DNA of 64,000 nucleotides. It comes from Ranitomeya imitator. Lineage: Eukaryota. Of the stretch, positions 12,154-24,346 are shown one piece after another. Location of the stretch: assembly GCF_032444005.1 (NCBI RefSeq), contig NC_091283.1, positions 38,192,001 to 38,256,000 of the forward strand, read 5' to 3'. The position numbers were made by a program, and so were the translations under genes. The notes beneath the pieces were generated by a model, which ran no database searches, was not told the origin of the DNA, and was given only the letters and a program-made list of their open reading frames with translations. The stretch's first letter is position 1. Every line of letters begins with the position of its first letter.

Positions 12154-13616
12154 TTAAAAACAGAGGGCTTATGCTACGTGTACTCAGGTGGACACGTTAT
12201 GGACTTCCTTTATTAAAAACTGGCCTTGCGACCATCGCATCCATTTCCATCCTCGTCTATTACTTCCGTGTCCCCGGTAGGGTATTTGTATGATGCCCAT
12301 TATTCTTTCACATGTCTTTATCATGGAAAACAGCGAGCTGTCAGTTGATTCCATCTCTTTTCAGCAGTGGTTGTTCAGCTTCCAGTTCTGTGACAGCTTA
12401 GAGCGTCTCTGACGGTGTAAACTATAATAAATCCGTTGGTCTCGCTCCCTCCTAAGCTCCATCTGCTGTGGTGAGAACCGGTGCAAAAATTGAAAAAAAG
12501 TGGAAAACCTTTTTCGCCACTCTGGCTTGTGCTAAAATTTGAGATGGTGAAAAGTCAGTAATAAATTCCCCCCTATATGTTTTGTAAATGTATTACTTTA
12601 CACCGAGGACGAGGCTAAGTTCTGGGTAGGTGGGCTTCAGTAAGGACTATACAGTCATCAGTACAGTTTCCCAAACAATTAGATTAAAGATTCCACCAAT
12701 TACAGCCATCTAATGTGTACAAGAGCCTCCCAAATTAATTCAGACACTCAATGCTTTTGTCCTCTGAGAAATTCCACCAATATTCTTGGTCAGTAGAGCG
12801 GGCCATACACAATAGATGACTGTTGGCCAAACGATGCTGATCGTTTGGCCAAACACTCCTTCATATACTGTACATGAGCGAGTATCACTTAGTTGGCCGA
12901 GCGCTTCTGTCCTCTCTATGAGAAAAAAATGCGCAAATAGGATCTTATCTGAGTAAATGAATGAATTAATAATTAAGGTTATGCTCACCTAATGAGGTTC
13001 TGAACACACAACCATGTAAAGGCGTAGACCGGTTTTCAACATCTCTTCCGATGATCAGTCGGCCGGTGTCCCCATCCATGCTAGACAGTTGGCTGAACCC
13101 ATAGATACCGGCGGGTTCAGCTGACATTAGTCTGTGTTTAGGGACCTTAAGAGTTCAATTTCCCTGAATCGGCATCACAGGGGAAACTAAAGATTAGGCA
13201 GTGCCCGCTCAAGTCAATGGTTTGTCTACAAGATACAGGACAGATCCTCCAGCGCGAGAGACGGTCTTTGATGATGCTCTTCATTCTGCCTAGAGATAAG
13301 GATCCTGGACGTGATATCTCCCTAAAATATCACAAATGGAAAAGGGTTTTCAAATCCATAGAAATATTTTAATTTCGAGGTTGGACCTCTACCTGGAGAG
13401 AAAACAGGGGTCTGGTGACCTCGTAAAACAATCTAAAGTCCCCATCAGCAGAGAATACGGTGAAGACAGCATGGATACGTTGAGTTTGCGCCATGCTCTC
13501 TCCATTACAGCTGACCCAGTTTGGTCGCCTATTCCCACAGCCCCCATAGATGACGCCCGGCTCTCCCCATTGTATTCTGCGTGATATAATGTGGTGTATG
13601 ATAACTATTTTTGTAG

Positions 13617-13778
13617 AATCCGCAGTTGGATCCTTCAGGCCTTCAGTACGCCGAGATCGCTAAGAAAAGTTTCCATAAACGGTCAAGACCTAGAGTCGAG
13701 GTGGATGCCGTCACCTACTGCGCCGTCAAGGTCAACCGCGAAGAACATTCAACCAATCTTGACTGCGAATTATATTAA
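13617..13778 (+). CDS. Gene A terminal exon with two ITIMs
   Basis: Acceptor tatttttgtag|AAT, phase 0. Translates NPQLDPSGLQYAEIAKKSFHKRSRPRVEVDAVTYCAVKVNREEHSTNLDCELY*; LQYAEI (13641-13658) and VTYCAV (13710-13727) fit (I/V/L/S)xYxx(L/V/I). Confidence 0.8.
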   Translation, partial: NPQLDPSGLQYAEIAKKSFHKRSRPRVEVDAVTYCAVKVNREEHSTNLDCELY

Positions 13779-15403
13779 ATGGTCTTTAATGAAAAAATCT
13801 GGTCAAAGCCAAGGCCTGAAGAGGACCAATAGTATCAAGTAGAGGATGTGTAGCGATTTACCCGGACGTCTGCCTTTTAAGAACATATTGTACCTTTCAT
13901 TTACATGTTTTGCTTTATTCATCTTCACAGGTTTAACCCCTCTGTGACCTTAGACGTACTATCCCGTCGAGGTGCCCTGGGCTTATCTGACCCTGGACGG
14001 GATAGTACGTCATAGCCGATCGGCCGCGCTCACGGGGGGAGCGCGGCCGATCGCGGCCGGGTGTCAGCTGCTTATCGCAGCTGACATCCGGCACTATGTG
14101 CCAGGAGCGGTCACGGACCGCCCCCGGCACATTAACCCCTGGCACACCGCGATCAAAGATGATCGCGATGTGCCGGCGGTGCAGGGAAGCACCGCGCAGG
14201 GAGGGGGCTCCCTGCGGGCTTCCCTGAGCCCCCCGCAGCAACGCGATGTGATCGCGTTGCTGCGAGGGTCTCCTCACCTCCCTCCCTGCTCGAGCCCCGG
14301 ATCCAAGATGGCCGCGGATCCGGGTCCTGCAGGGAGGGAGGTGGCTTCATAGAGCCTGCTCAGAGCAGGCACTGTGAAGCAGCCTGCACTCCTATCAGAT
14401 CAGTGATCTGACAGAGTGCTGTGCAAACTGTCAGATCACTGATCTGTGATGTCCCCCCCTGGGACAAAGTAAAAAAGTTAAAAAAAAATTTTCCAAATGT
14501 GTAAAAAAAATAAAAAAAAATATTCCAAAATAATGAAAAAAAAAAAAAAATATTATTCCCATAAATACATTTCTTCATCTAAATAAAAAAAAAAACCCAA
14601 TAAAAGTACACATATTTAGTATCGCCGCGTCCGTAACGGCCCGACCTATAAAACTGGCCCACTAGTTAACCCCTTCAGTAAACACCGTAAGAAAAAAAAA
14701 AAAAAAACGAGGCAAAAAACAACGCTTTATTATCATACCGCCGAACAAAAAGTGGAATAACACGCGATCAAAAGGACAGATATAAATAACCATGGTACCG
14801 CTGAAAGCGTCATATTGTCCCGCAAAAAAAGAGCCGCCATACAGCATCATCAGCAAAAAAATAAAAAAGTTATAGTCCTGAGAATAAAGCGATGCAAAAA
14901 TAATTATTTTTTCTGTAAAATAGTTTTTATTGTATAAAAGCACCAAACCATAAAAAAATGATATAAATGAGGTATCGCTGTAATCGTACTGACCCGAAGA
15001 ATAAAACTGATTTATCAATTTTACCAAACGCGGAACGGTATAAACGCCTCCCCCAATAGAAATTCATGAATAGCTGGCTTTTGGTCATTCTTCCTCACAA
15101 AAATCGGAATAAAAAGCGATAAAAAAATGTCACGTGCCCAAAAATGTTTTCAATAAAAACGTCAACTCGTCCCGCAAAAAACAAGACCTCACATGACTCT
15201 GTGGACCAAAATATGGAAAAATTATAGCTCTCAAAATGTGGTATTGCAAAAAATATTTTTTGCAATAAAAAGGGTCTTTCAGTGTGTGACGGCTGCCAAT
15301 CATAAAAATCCGCTAAAAAACTCGCTATAAAAGTAAATCAAACCCCCCTTCATCACCCCCTTAGTTAGGGAAAAATAAAAAAAAATGTATTTATTTCCAT
15401 TTT

Positions 15404-15679
15404 NNNNNNNNNNNNNNNNNNNNNNNNNNNNNNNNNNNNNNNNNNNNNNNNNNNNNNNNNNNNNNNNNNNNNNNNNNNNNNNNNNNNNNNNNNNNNNNNN
15501 NNNNNNNNNNNNNNNNNNNNNNNNNNNNNNNNNNNNNNNNNNNNNNNNNNNNNNNNNNNNNNNNNNNNNNNNNNNNNNNNNNNNNNNNNNNNNNNNNNNN
15601 NNNNNNNNNNNNNNNNNNNNNNNNNNNNNNNNNNNNNNNNNNNNNNNNNNNNNNNNNNNNNNNNNNNNNNNNNNNNNNN
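15404..15679. other. Assembly gap
   Basis: Run of N. Confidence 1.
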
Positions 15680-15820
15680 GGGGCTAAAGTTAGGGTTAGG
15701 GTTTAGATTACATTTACAGTTGGGAATAGGGTTGGGATTAGGGTTAGGGGTGTGTCAGGGTTAGAGGTGTGGTTAGGGTTACCGTTGGAATTAGGGTTAG
15801 GGGTGTGTTTAGATTAGGGT
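15680..15820 (+). repeat. Degenerate telomere-like (TTAGGG)n tract inside the piggyBac-like element
   Basis: Repeated ttaggg/gttaggg hexamers directly after the N-gap at 15404-15679. Confidence 0.75.
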
Positions 15821-15849
15821 TTCAGTTATAATTGGGGGGTTTCCACTGT

Positions 15850-17640
15850 TTCGGCACATCAGGGGCTCTCCAAACACGACATGGCGTCCGATCTCAATTC
15901 CAGCCAATTCTGCGTTGAAAAAGTAAAACAGTGCTCCTTCCCTTCCGAGCTCTCCTGTGTGCCCAAACAGGGGTTTACCCCAACATATGGGGTATCAGCG
16001 TACTCAGGACAAATTGGACAACAACTTTTGTGGACCAATTTCTCCTGTTACCCTTGGGAAAATACAAAACTGGGGGCTAAAATATAATTTTTGTGGAAAA
16101 AAAAATATTTTTTATTTGCATGGCTCTGCGTTATAAACTGTAGTGAAATACTTGGGGGTTCAAAGCTCTCACAACACATCAAGATGAGTTCCTTAGGGGG
16201 TCTACTTTCCAAAATGGTGTCACTTGTGGGGGGTTTCTACTGTTTAGGTACATTAGGGGCTCTGCAAACGCAATGTGACGCCTGCAGACCATTCCATCTA
16301 AGTCTGCATTCCAAATGGCGCTCCTTCCCTTCCGAACCCTCCCATGCGCCCAAACGGTGGTTCCCCCCCACATATGGGGTATCAGCGTACTCAGGACAAA
16401 TTGGACAACAACTTTTGTGGTCCAATTTCTCCTGTTACCCTAGGGAAAATACAAAACTGGGGGCTAAAAAATAATTTTTGTGGGAAAAAAATTTTGTTTT
16501 ATTTTTATGGCTCTGCATTATAAACTTCTGTGAAGCCCTTGGTGGGTCAAAGTGCTCACCACACATCCAGATAAGTTCCTTAGGGGGTTTACTTTCCAAA
16601 ATGGTGTCACTTGTGGGGGTTTCAATGTTTAGGCACATCAGTGGCTCTCCAAACGCAACATGGCGTCCCATCTCAATTTCTGTCAATTTTGCATTGAAAA
16701 GTCAAACTGCGCTCCTTCCCTTCCGAGCTCTCCCATGCGCCCAAACAGTGGTTTACTGCCACATATGGGGTATCAGCGTACTCAGGACAAATTGGACAAC
16801 AACTTTTGAGGTCCAATTTCTTCTCTTACCCTTGGAAAAATAAAAAATTGGGGGCAAAAATATAATTTTTGTGAAAAAATATGATTTTTTATTTTTACGG
16901 TTCTGCATTATAAACTTCTGTGAAGCACTTGGTGGGTCAAAGTGCTCACCACACCTCTAGATAAGTTCCTTAGGGGGTCTACTTTCCAAAATGGTGTCAC
17001 TTGTGGGGGGTTTCAATGTTTAGGCACATCAGTGGCTCTCCAAACGCAACATGGCGTCCCATCTCAATTTCTGTCAATTTTGCATTGAAAAGTCAAACTG
17101 CGCTCCTTCCCTTCCGAGCTCTCCCATGCGCCCAAACAGTGGTTTACTGCCACATATGGGGTATCAGCGTACTCAGGACAAATTGGACAACAACTTTTGA
17201 GGTCCAATTTCTTCTCTTACCCTTGGAAAAATAAAAAATTGGGGGCAAAAATATAATTTTTGTGAAAAAATATGATTTTTTATTTTTACGGTTCTGCATT
17301 ATAAACTTCTGTGAAGCACTTGGTGGGTCAAAGTGCTCACCACACATCCAGATAAGTTCCTTAGGGGGTCTACTTTCCAAAATGGTGTCACTTGTGGGGG
17401 GTTTCAATGTTTAGGCACATCAGTGGCTCTCCAAACGCAACATGGCGTCCCATCTCAATTCCTGTCAATTTTGCATTGAAAAGTCAAATAGCGCTCCTTC
17501 CCTTCCGAGCTCTCCCATGCGCCCAAACAGTGGTTTACTGCCACATATGGGGTATCAGCGTACTCAGGACAAATTGGACAACAACTTTTTGGGTCCAATT
17601 TCTCCTGTTACCCTTGGTAAAATAAAACAAATTGGAGCTG
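15850..17640. repeat. ~390-bp tandem repeat (about 4.5 copies) inside the piggyBac-like element
   Basis: The anchor tcagcgtactcaggacaaattggacaacaac recurs near 15995, 16381, 16772, 17163 and 17556. Confidence 0.9.
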
Positions 17641-18271
17641 AAGTAAATTTTTTGTGTAAAAAAGTTAAATGTTCATTTTTATTTAAACATTCCAAAAATT
17701 CCTATTAAACACCTGAAGGGTTAATAAACTTCTTGAATGTGGTTTTGAGCACCTTGAGGGGTGCAGTTTTTAGAATGGTGTCACACTTGGGCATTTTCTA
17801 TCATATAGACCCCTCAAAATGACTTCAAATGAGACGTGGTCCCTAAAAAAAAATGGTGTTGTAAAAATGAGAAATTGCTGGTCAACTTTTAACCCTTATA
17901 ACTCCCTAACAAAAAAAAAAATTGGTTCCAAAATTATGCTGATGTAAAGGAGACATGTGGGAAATGTTACTTATTAAGTATTTTGTGTGACATATCTCTG
18001 TGATTTAATTGCATAAAAATTCAAAGTTTGAAAATTGCGAAATTTTCAAAATTTTCGCCAAATTTCCGTTTTTTTCACAAATAAACGCAGGTACTATCAA
18101 AGAAATTTTACCACTATCATGAAGTACAATATGTCACGAGAAAACAATGTCAGAATCACCAGGATCCGTTGAAGCGTTTCGGAGTTATAACCTCATAAAG
18201 GGACAGTGGTCAGAATTGTAAAAATTGGCCTGGTCATTAACGTGCAAACCACCCTTGGGGGTAAAGGGGTT

Positions 18272-18277
18272 AATAAA
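18272..18277 (+). terminator. AATAAA overlapping the TTAA target site; probable original poly(A) signal of gene A
   Basis: Removing the element reconstructs gtTTAATAAActt about 157 nt after the gene A stop codon. Confidence 0.5.
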
Positions 18278-18789
18278 CTTGTACAAGGAAACATTATTTT
18301 CTTCAATATTTACAGATATAAGTGGCCTAGTCTCTAGTTTAGGATATGCTTTAAAGGATATGGACACCTTTTGAGGGCACTTTTTACATAAATACATTCA
18401 TTTTTGTCATTAGGTTTCGTTAAGAATGTTGAACTATTTGGTTTCTGCAGCCTTTATGTATCACAGTACATAGCACACTGCAGAATAAGTTACCAGTGCA
18501 TCTACCATTCTGATGTAGTGTTTGGGGGAAATAAGACGCAGCAGTTTTTCTTTAAATCATTTACTAGGAACACTGCAACCATGAGAGGTTGAAGGGAGGT
18601 CCAACTGGTCAGAGCCACATTGTTTGAATGATTATCATTCAGCCAATGGATAGTTGATCGTTTTTTTTCAAGCCAGAATACTTCTTTGATCCAAAGGAAC
18701 TTGAACTCTAGAGCCACTACTAGAAGTAGCAATCTTAAAAGTCAATATCAACCCTTTAACAAATCTTGACACATGACTTGAGAAAAAAG

Positions 18790-19252
18790 CCATTTTCCGG
18801 AAGCTGAGTTCGCATCTCGGCTTCAGGAAAATGTCCGCCGCGATCTCCATCTGCGCACGCGCGGCATCCCGCGGCCATTTTCCTGAAGCCCCTGGAAGCC
18901 GAGAAGTACTATCTGCGCACGCGCGGCCTCACAAAGATGGCCGCGCCCACCAATAAACCGCGGAATAGCGCAGATCGTGCTTTTTTCCCTCACCTGCGCA
19001 CTGGATTCACCTGCTGGGCATGCGCACACCACTACGCCACCAACGGAGATCTGGGGGAGAAACAGCGCTGTCACCACGCCCATATGACCAGACCAGCATG
19101 AGTGACAGCCCAAAACGGCAACTTTACAAAGGTATTTCGGCAGCATAGGTGGGGAATAAAGGCTCCAAAAATACACTAATTTAAAGCACAGCTCTGCCCC
19201 TATTTAGCGCTATTTTTATATCATCTTGAAAAAACGGGGTGACAGGTTCCCT
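18790..19252. mobile_element. Partial T2/Kolobok-like MITE (right end only)
   Basis: Ends tgacaggttccct|TTAA; GC-rich, partly palindromic interior; left TIR not found. Confidence 0.5.
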
Positions 19253-19659
19253 TTAAAGTGAATGAATAATCAAAAAATGATCTAGCGTTTAAATCTGTTT
19301 TTTGTATTATATGTATACTTATTTAAACATTTTCAGCAATTTGTTTTCCATATCACAATCTGTATTAAAAAAACAAAATTGGAAAACTTGCAAATTTCAC
19401 TCTGACCGCCAGGATTATTTTAGACTTCCTGTTCTGCATATGTGACTTTTCCTGAGGCTACAGCTATCAGTATTTGTGAGGAAGAATCGGAGAAAACGTA
19501 GAACAGAAACTCGTCGCCACTTCTGCATTTTTGACGCACTCCTGGTTTTGGCTTACAAATACTGATGTGAAATACTGAGCAAATACTGATAGTGTAACCA
19601 TAGCTTAAGGCTCATTATCATCACAGACAGGATTGCAATGAAAAATAACACCTGTATAT

Positions 19660-22600
19660 ACAATAGATAACAAAGCATCCACCATTCACAATAGGTGATG
19701 TCACAGCTCACCTCCTCCTCCTGTACAATGACTGATAACATCTCTATATACAGGAGACAACACAGGATCCACTATTTACAATAGGTGATGTCACAGCTCA
19801 CCTCCTCCTCCTGTACAATGACTGATAACACCTCTATATACAGTAGACAACACAAGATCCACCATTCACAATAGGTGATGTCACAGCTCACCTCCTCCTC
19901 CTCCTGTATGACTGATAACACCTCTATATACAGTAGATAACATAGGATCCACCATTCATAATAGGTAATGTCACAGCTCACCTCCTCCTCCTGTACAATG
20001 ACTGATAACACCTCTATATACAGTAGATAACACAGGATCCACCATTCATAATAGGTGATATCACAGCTCACCTCCTCCTCCTGTACAATGACTGATAACA
20101 CCTCTATATACAGTAGATAACACAGGATCCACCATTCATAATAGGTGATATCACAGCTCACCTCCTCCTCCTGTACAATGACTGATAACACCTCTATATA
20201 CAGTAGATAACACACGATCCACCATTCACAATAGGTGATATCACAGCTCACCTCCCCCTCCTGTACAATGACTGATAACACTTCTATATACATTAGATAA
20301 CACAGGATACACCATTCACAATAGGTGATGTCACAGCTCACCTCCTCCTCCTGTACAATGACTGATAACACCTCTATATACAGTAGGTAACACAGGATCC
20401 ACCATTCACAATAGGTGATGTCAGAGCTCACCTCCTCCTCCTGTATAATGACTGATAACACCTCTATATACAGTAGATAACACAGGATCCACAATTCACA
20501 ATAGGTGATGTCACAGCTCACCTCCTCCTCCTGTATAATGACTGATAACACCTCTATATACAGTAGATAACATGGGATCCACCATTCACAGTAGGTGATA
20601 TCACAGCTCACCTCCTCCCCCTCCTGTACAATGACTGATAACACCTCTATATACAGTAGATAACACAGGATCCACCATTCACAATAGGTGGTCACAGCTC
20701 TCCTCCTCCTCCTATACAATGACTGATAACACCTCTATATACAGTAGATAACACAGAATCCACCATACACAATAGATGATGTCACAGCTCGCCTCCTCCT
20801 CCTGTATAATGACTGATAACACCTCTATATACAGTAGATAACACAGGATCCACCATTCACAATAGGTCATGTCACAGCTCACCTCCTCCTCCTGTACAAT
20901 GACTGATAACACCTCTATATACAGTAGATAACACAGGATCCACCATTCACAATAGGTCATGTCACAGCTCACCTCCTCCTCCTGTACAATGACTGATAAC
21001 ACCTCTATATACAGTAGATAACACAGGATCCACCATACACAATAGGTGAGGTCACAGCTCACCTCCTCCTCCTCCTGTACAATGACTGATAACACCTCTA
21101 TATACAGTAGATGACACAGGATCCACCATTAACAATAGGTGATATCACAGCTCACCTCCTCCTCCTGTACAATGACTGATAACTCCTCTATATACAGTAG
21201 ATAACAGGATCCACCATTCACAATAGATGATGTCACAGCTCACCTCCTCCTCCTCCAGTACAATGACTGATAACACCTCTATATACAGTAGATAACATGG
21301 GATCCACCATTCACAGTAGGTGATATCACAGCTCACCTCCTCCCCCTCCTGTACAATGACTGATAACACCTCTATATACAGTAGATAACACAGGATCCAC
21401 CATTCACAATAGGTGGTCACAGCTCTCCTCCTCCTCCTATACAATGACTGATAACACCTCTATATACAGTAGATAACACAGAATCTACCATACACAATAG
21501 ATGATGTCACAGCTCACCTCCTCCTCCCTCTCCCGTACAATGACTGATAACACCTCTATATACAGTAGATAACACAGGATCCACCATACACAATAGGTGA
21601 TGTCACAGCTCACCTCCTGTACAATGACTGATAACTCCTCTATATACAGTAGATAACACAGGATCCACCATTCACAATAGGTGATGTCACAGCTCACCTC
21701 CTCCTCCTGTACAATGACTGATAACACCTCTATATACTGTAGATAACACAGGATCCACCATTCACAATAGGTGATGTCACAGCTCACCTCCTCCTCCTCC
21801 TGTACAATGACTGATAACACCTCTATATACTGTAGATAACACAGGATCCACCATACACAATAGGTGATGTCACAGCTCACCTCCTCCTCCTGTACAATGA
21901 CTGATAACACCTCTATATACAGTAGATAACACAGGATCAACTATTCACAATAGGTGATATCACAGCTCACCTCCTCCTCCTGTACAATGACTGATAACAC
22001 CTCTATATACAGTAGATGACACAGGATCCACCATTAACAATAGGTGATATCACAGCTCACCTCCTCCTCCTGTACAATGACTGATAACTCCTCTATATAC
22101 AGTAGATAACACAGGATCCACCATTCACAATAGATGATGTCACAGCTCACCTCCTCCTCCTCCAGTACAATGACTGATAACACCTCTATATACAGTAGAT
22201 AACATGGGATCCACCATTCACAGTAGGTGATATCACAGCTCACCTCCTCCCCCTCCTGTACAATGACTGATAACACCTCTATATACAGTAGATAACACAG
22301 GATCCACCATTCACAATAGGTGGTCACAGCTCTCCTCCTCCTCCTATACAATGACTGATAACACCTCTATATACAGTAGATAACACAGAATCCACCATAC
22401 ACAATAGATGATGTCACAGCTCACCTCCTCCTCCCTCTCCCGTACAATGACTGATAACACCTCTATATACAGTAGATAACACAGGATCCACCATACACAA
22501 TAGGTGATGTCACAGCTCACCTCCTGTACAATGACTGATAACTCCTCTATATACAGTAGATAACACAGGATCCACCATTCACAATAGGTGATGTCACAGC

Positions 22601-23510
22601 TCACCTCCTCCTCCTGTACAATGACTGATAACACCTCTATATACTGTAGATAACACAGGATCCACCATTCACAATAGGTGATGTCACAGCTCACCTCCTC
22701 CTCCTCCTGTACAATGACTGATAACACCTCTATATACAGTAGATAACACAGGATCCACCATACACAATAGGTGATGTCACAGCTCACCTCCTCCTCCTGT
22801 ACAATGACTGATAACACCTCTATATACAGTAGATAACACAGGATCAACTATTCACAATAGGTGATATCACAGCTCACCTCCTCCTCCTGTACAATGACTG
22901 ATAACACCTCTATATACTGTAGATAACACAGGATCCACCATACACAATAGGTGATGTCACAGCTCACCTCCTCCTGTACAATGACTGATAACACCTCTAT
23001 ATACAGTAGATAACACAGGATCCACCATTCACAATAGGTGATGTCACAGCTCACCTCCTCCTCCTGTACAATGACTGAAAACACCTCTATATACAGTAGA
23101 TAACATGGGATCCATCATTCACAATAGGTGATGTCACAGCTCACCTCCTCCTGTACAATGACTGATAACTCCGCTATATACAGTAGATAACACAGGATCC
23201 ACCATTCACAATAGGTGATGTCACAGCTCACCTCCTCCTCCTGTACAATGACTGAAAACACCTCTATATACAGTAGATAACACAGGATACACCATTCACA
23301 ATAGGTGATTTCACAGCTCACCTCCTCCTCCTGTACAATGACTGATAACACCTCTATGTACAGTAGATAACACAGGATCCACCATTCACAATAGGTGATG
23401 TCACAGCTCACCTCCTCCTCCTGTACAATGGCTGATAACACCACTATATACAGTAGATAACACAGGATCCACCATTCACAATAGGCGATATCACAGCTCA
23501 CCTCCTCCTG
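19660..23510. repeat. 90-bp satellite, about 42 copies
   Basis: Unit cacaataggtgatgtcacagctcacctcctcctcctgtacaatgactgataacacctctatatacagtagataacacaggatccaccatt; gives the 30-aa periodic spurious ORFs. Confidence 0.97.
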
Positions 23511-23714
23511 TCGACACTGATGAATTGGAGTTTCAAAAGATTCACTCATTTCTACACTGATTTATTTTTTGTATGTCTTTGTAGTCAGGTTTTTGGCATT
23601 GGGTCATGTTTTGATATTGCACTTTCAAAAATAGAAGAGCCGGTCAGAGTTTATGACGCACCAAAAAGAAGACAAGCCATAATATTTCTGCTATGTTCCG
23701 ACCCACAGGCGCGT

Positions 23715-23773
23715 GGGCGGCGAGACACCGTATATAAAGTACCGTAGGTGCGCCCAAAACTCACACAGGAAAT
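23715..23773 (+). promoter_or_regulatory. Putative gene B core promoter: GC box, TATA-like box and ETS motif
   Basis: GGGCGG at 23715-23720, TATATAAA at 23731-23738 and ACAGGAAAT at 23765-23773, 70-130 nt upstream of the leader ATG. Confidence 0.45.
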
Positions 23774-23841
23774 GGCTGTCCGCAGCCTAAGATACAGAAA
23801 TAAAATGTGTTGTAGCGACCGTCCAGCTATAATCAAGGAAG

Positions 23842-23905
23842 ATGAAGGCGTCAGCTCTTCTCGTGGTCAGCCTGGTCCTGATCCTGGTGGTTCACACGAG
23901 CACAG
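23842..23905 (+). CDS. Gene B signal-peptide (leader) exon
   Basis: aagATGA context; MKASALLVVSLVLILVVHTST; consensus phase-1 donor CAG|gtaaga, typical of IgSF leader exons. Confidence 0.85.
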
Positions 23906-24346
23906 GTAAGAAACACTGGCATCAATAATATCTATGAATGTGGGGATAATATTCAGTCGCTCGTTAATAAATAAAGGGAAATTTAGTGTAAATGCAAACA
24001 TCGTTTCCTAAAAGTTTAGGATCTGCCCTTAATATGGACATACGGTAAGTAAAAAAAAAATCACAGCTAATTCACACTTGTATTAAAAGCTTTGTTAGAT
24101 TTTGTGGACTCCATGATGCCACTTGACGGAGCTCATTAAACAGATCTTACTGAAGAGACGCACATTTTAATATGTAAAATAAAATACTACCGTTAGGATG
24201 AAAATGAAAAATAGGACATTGAAAAAAATAAAAAACAAAAAAAGAACCAAAGGCACTAGCTCAACATTTATTTAGTTCTCAAAAACTATGTCACAGAATA
24301 ATATATAATTATAATTCAATATTTACATTATTAGATAGATAATCAC

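Larger units (their letters stand above)
13937..18269. mobile_element. Non-autonomous piggyBac-like element (TTAA TSD, CCCCT termini), ~4.3 kb including an N-gap
   Basis: TTAA|CCCCT at 13933 and AGGGG|TTAA at 18270; GC-rich left arm with nested hairpins (gacgtactatcccgtc / gacgggatagtacgtc); no transposase ORF. Confidence 0.8.

Noticed and set aside
13591-13842. Alternative open frame over the last exon of gene A
   Set aside because: No motif and incompatible with the phase-0 upstream exon; the ITIM frame fits.
13931-13936. Acceptor-like ttcacag|gtttaa as an extra exon
   Set aside because: It lies after the gene A stop codon and reads V* in phase 0; better explained as 3' UTR.
19455-19610. 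Possible Harbinger-type MITE (inverted tatcagtatttg / caaatactgata)
   Set aside because: Termini and TSD are too degraded to call.
19553-23549. Periodic 30-aa ORFs (..CEWWILCYLLYIEV..)
   Set aside because: Translations of the 90-bp satellite, broken by indels.
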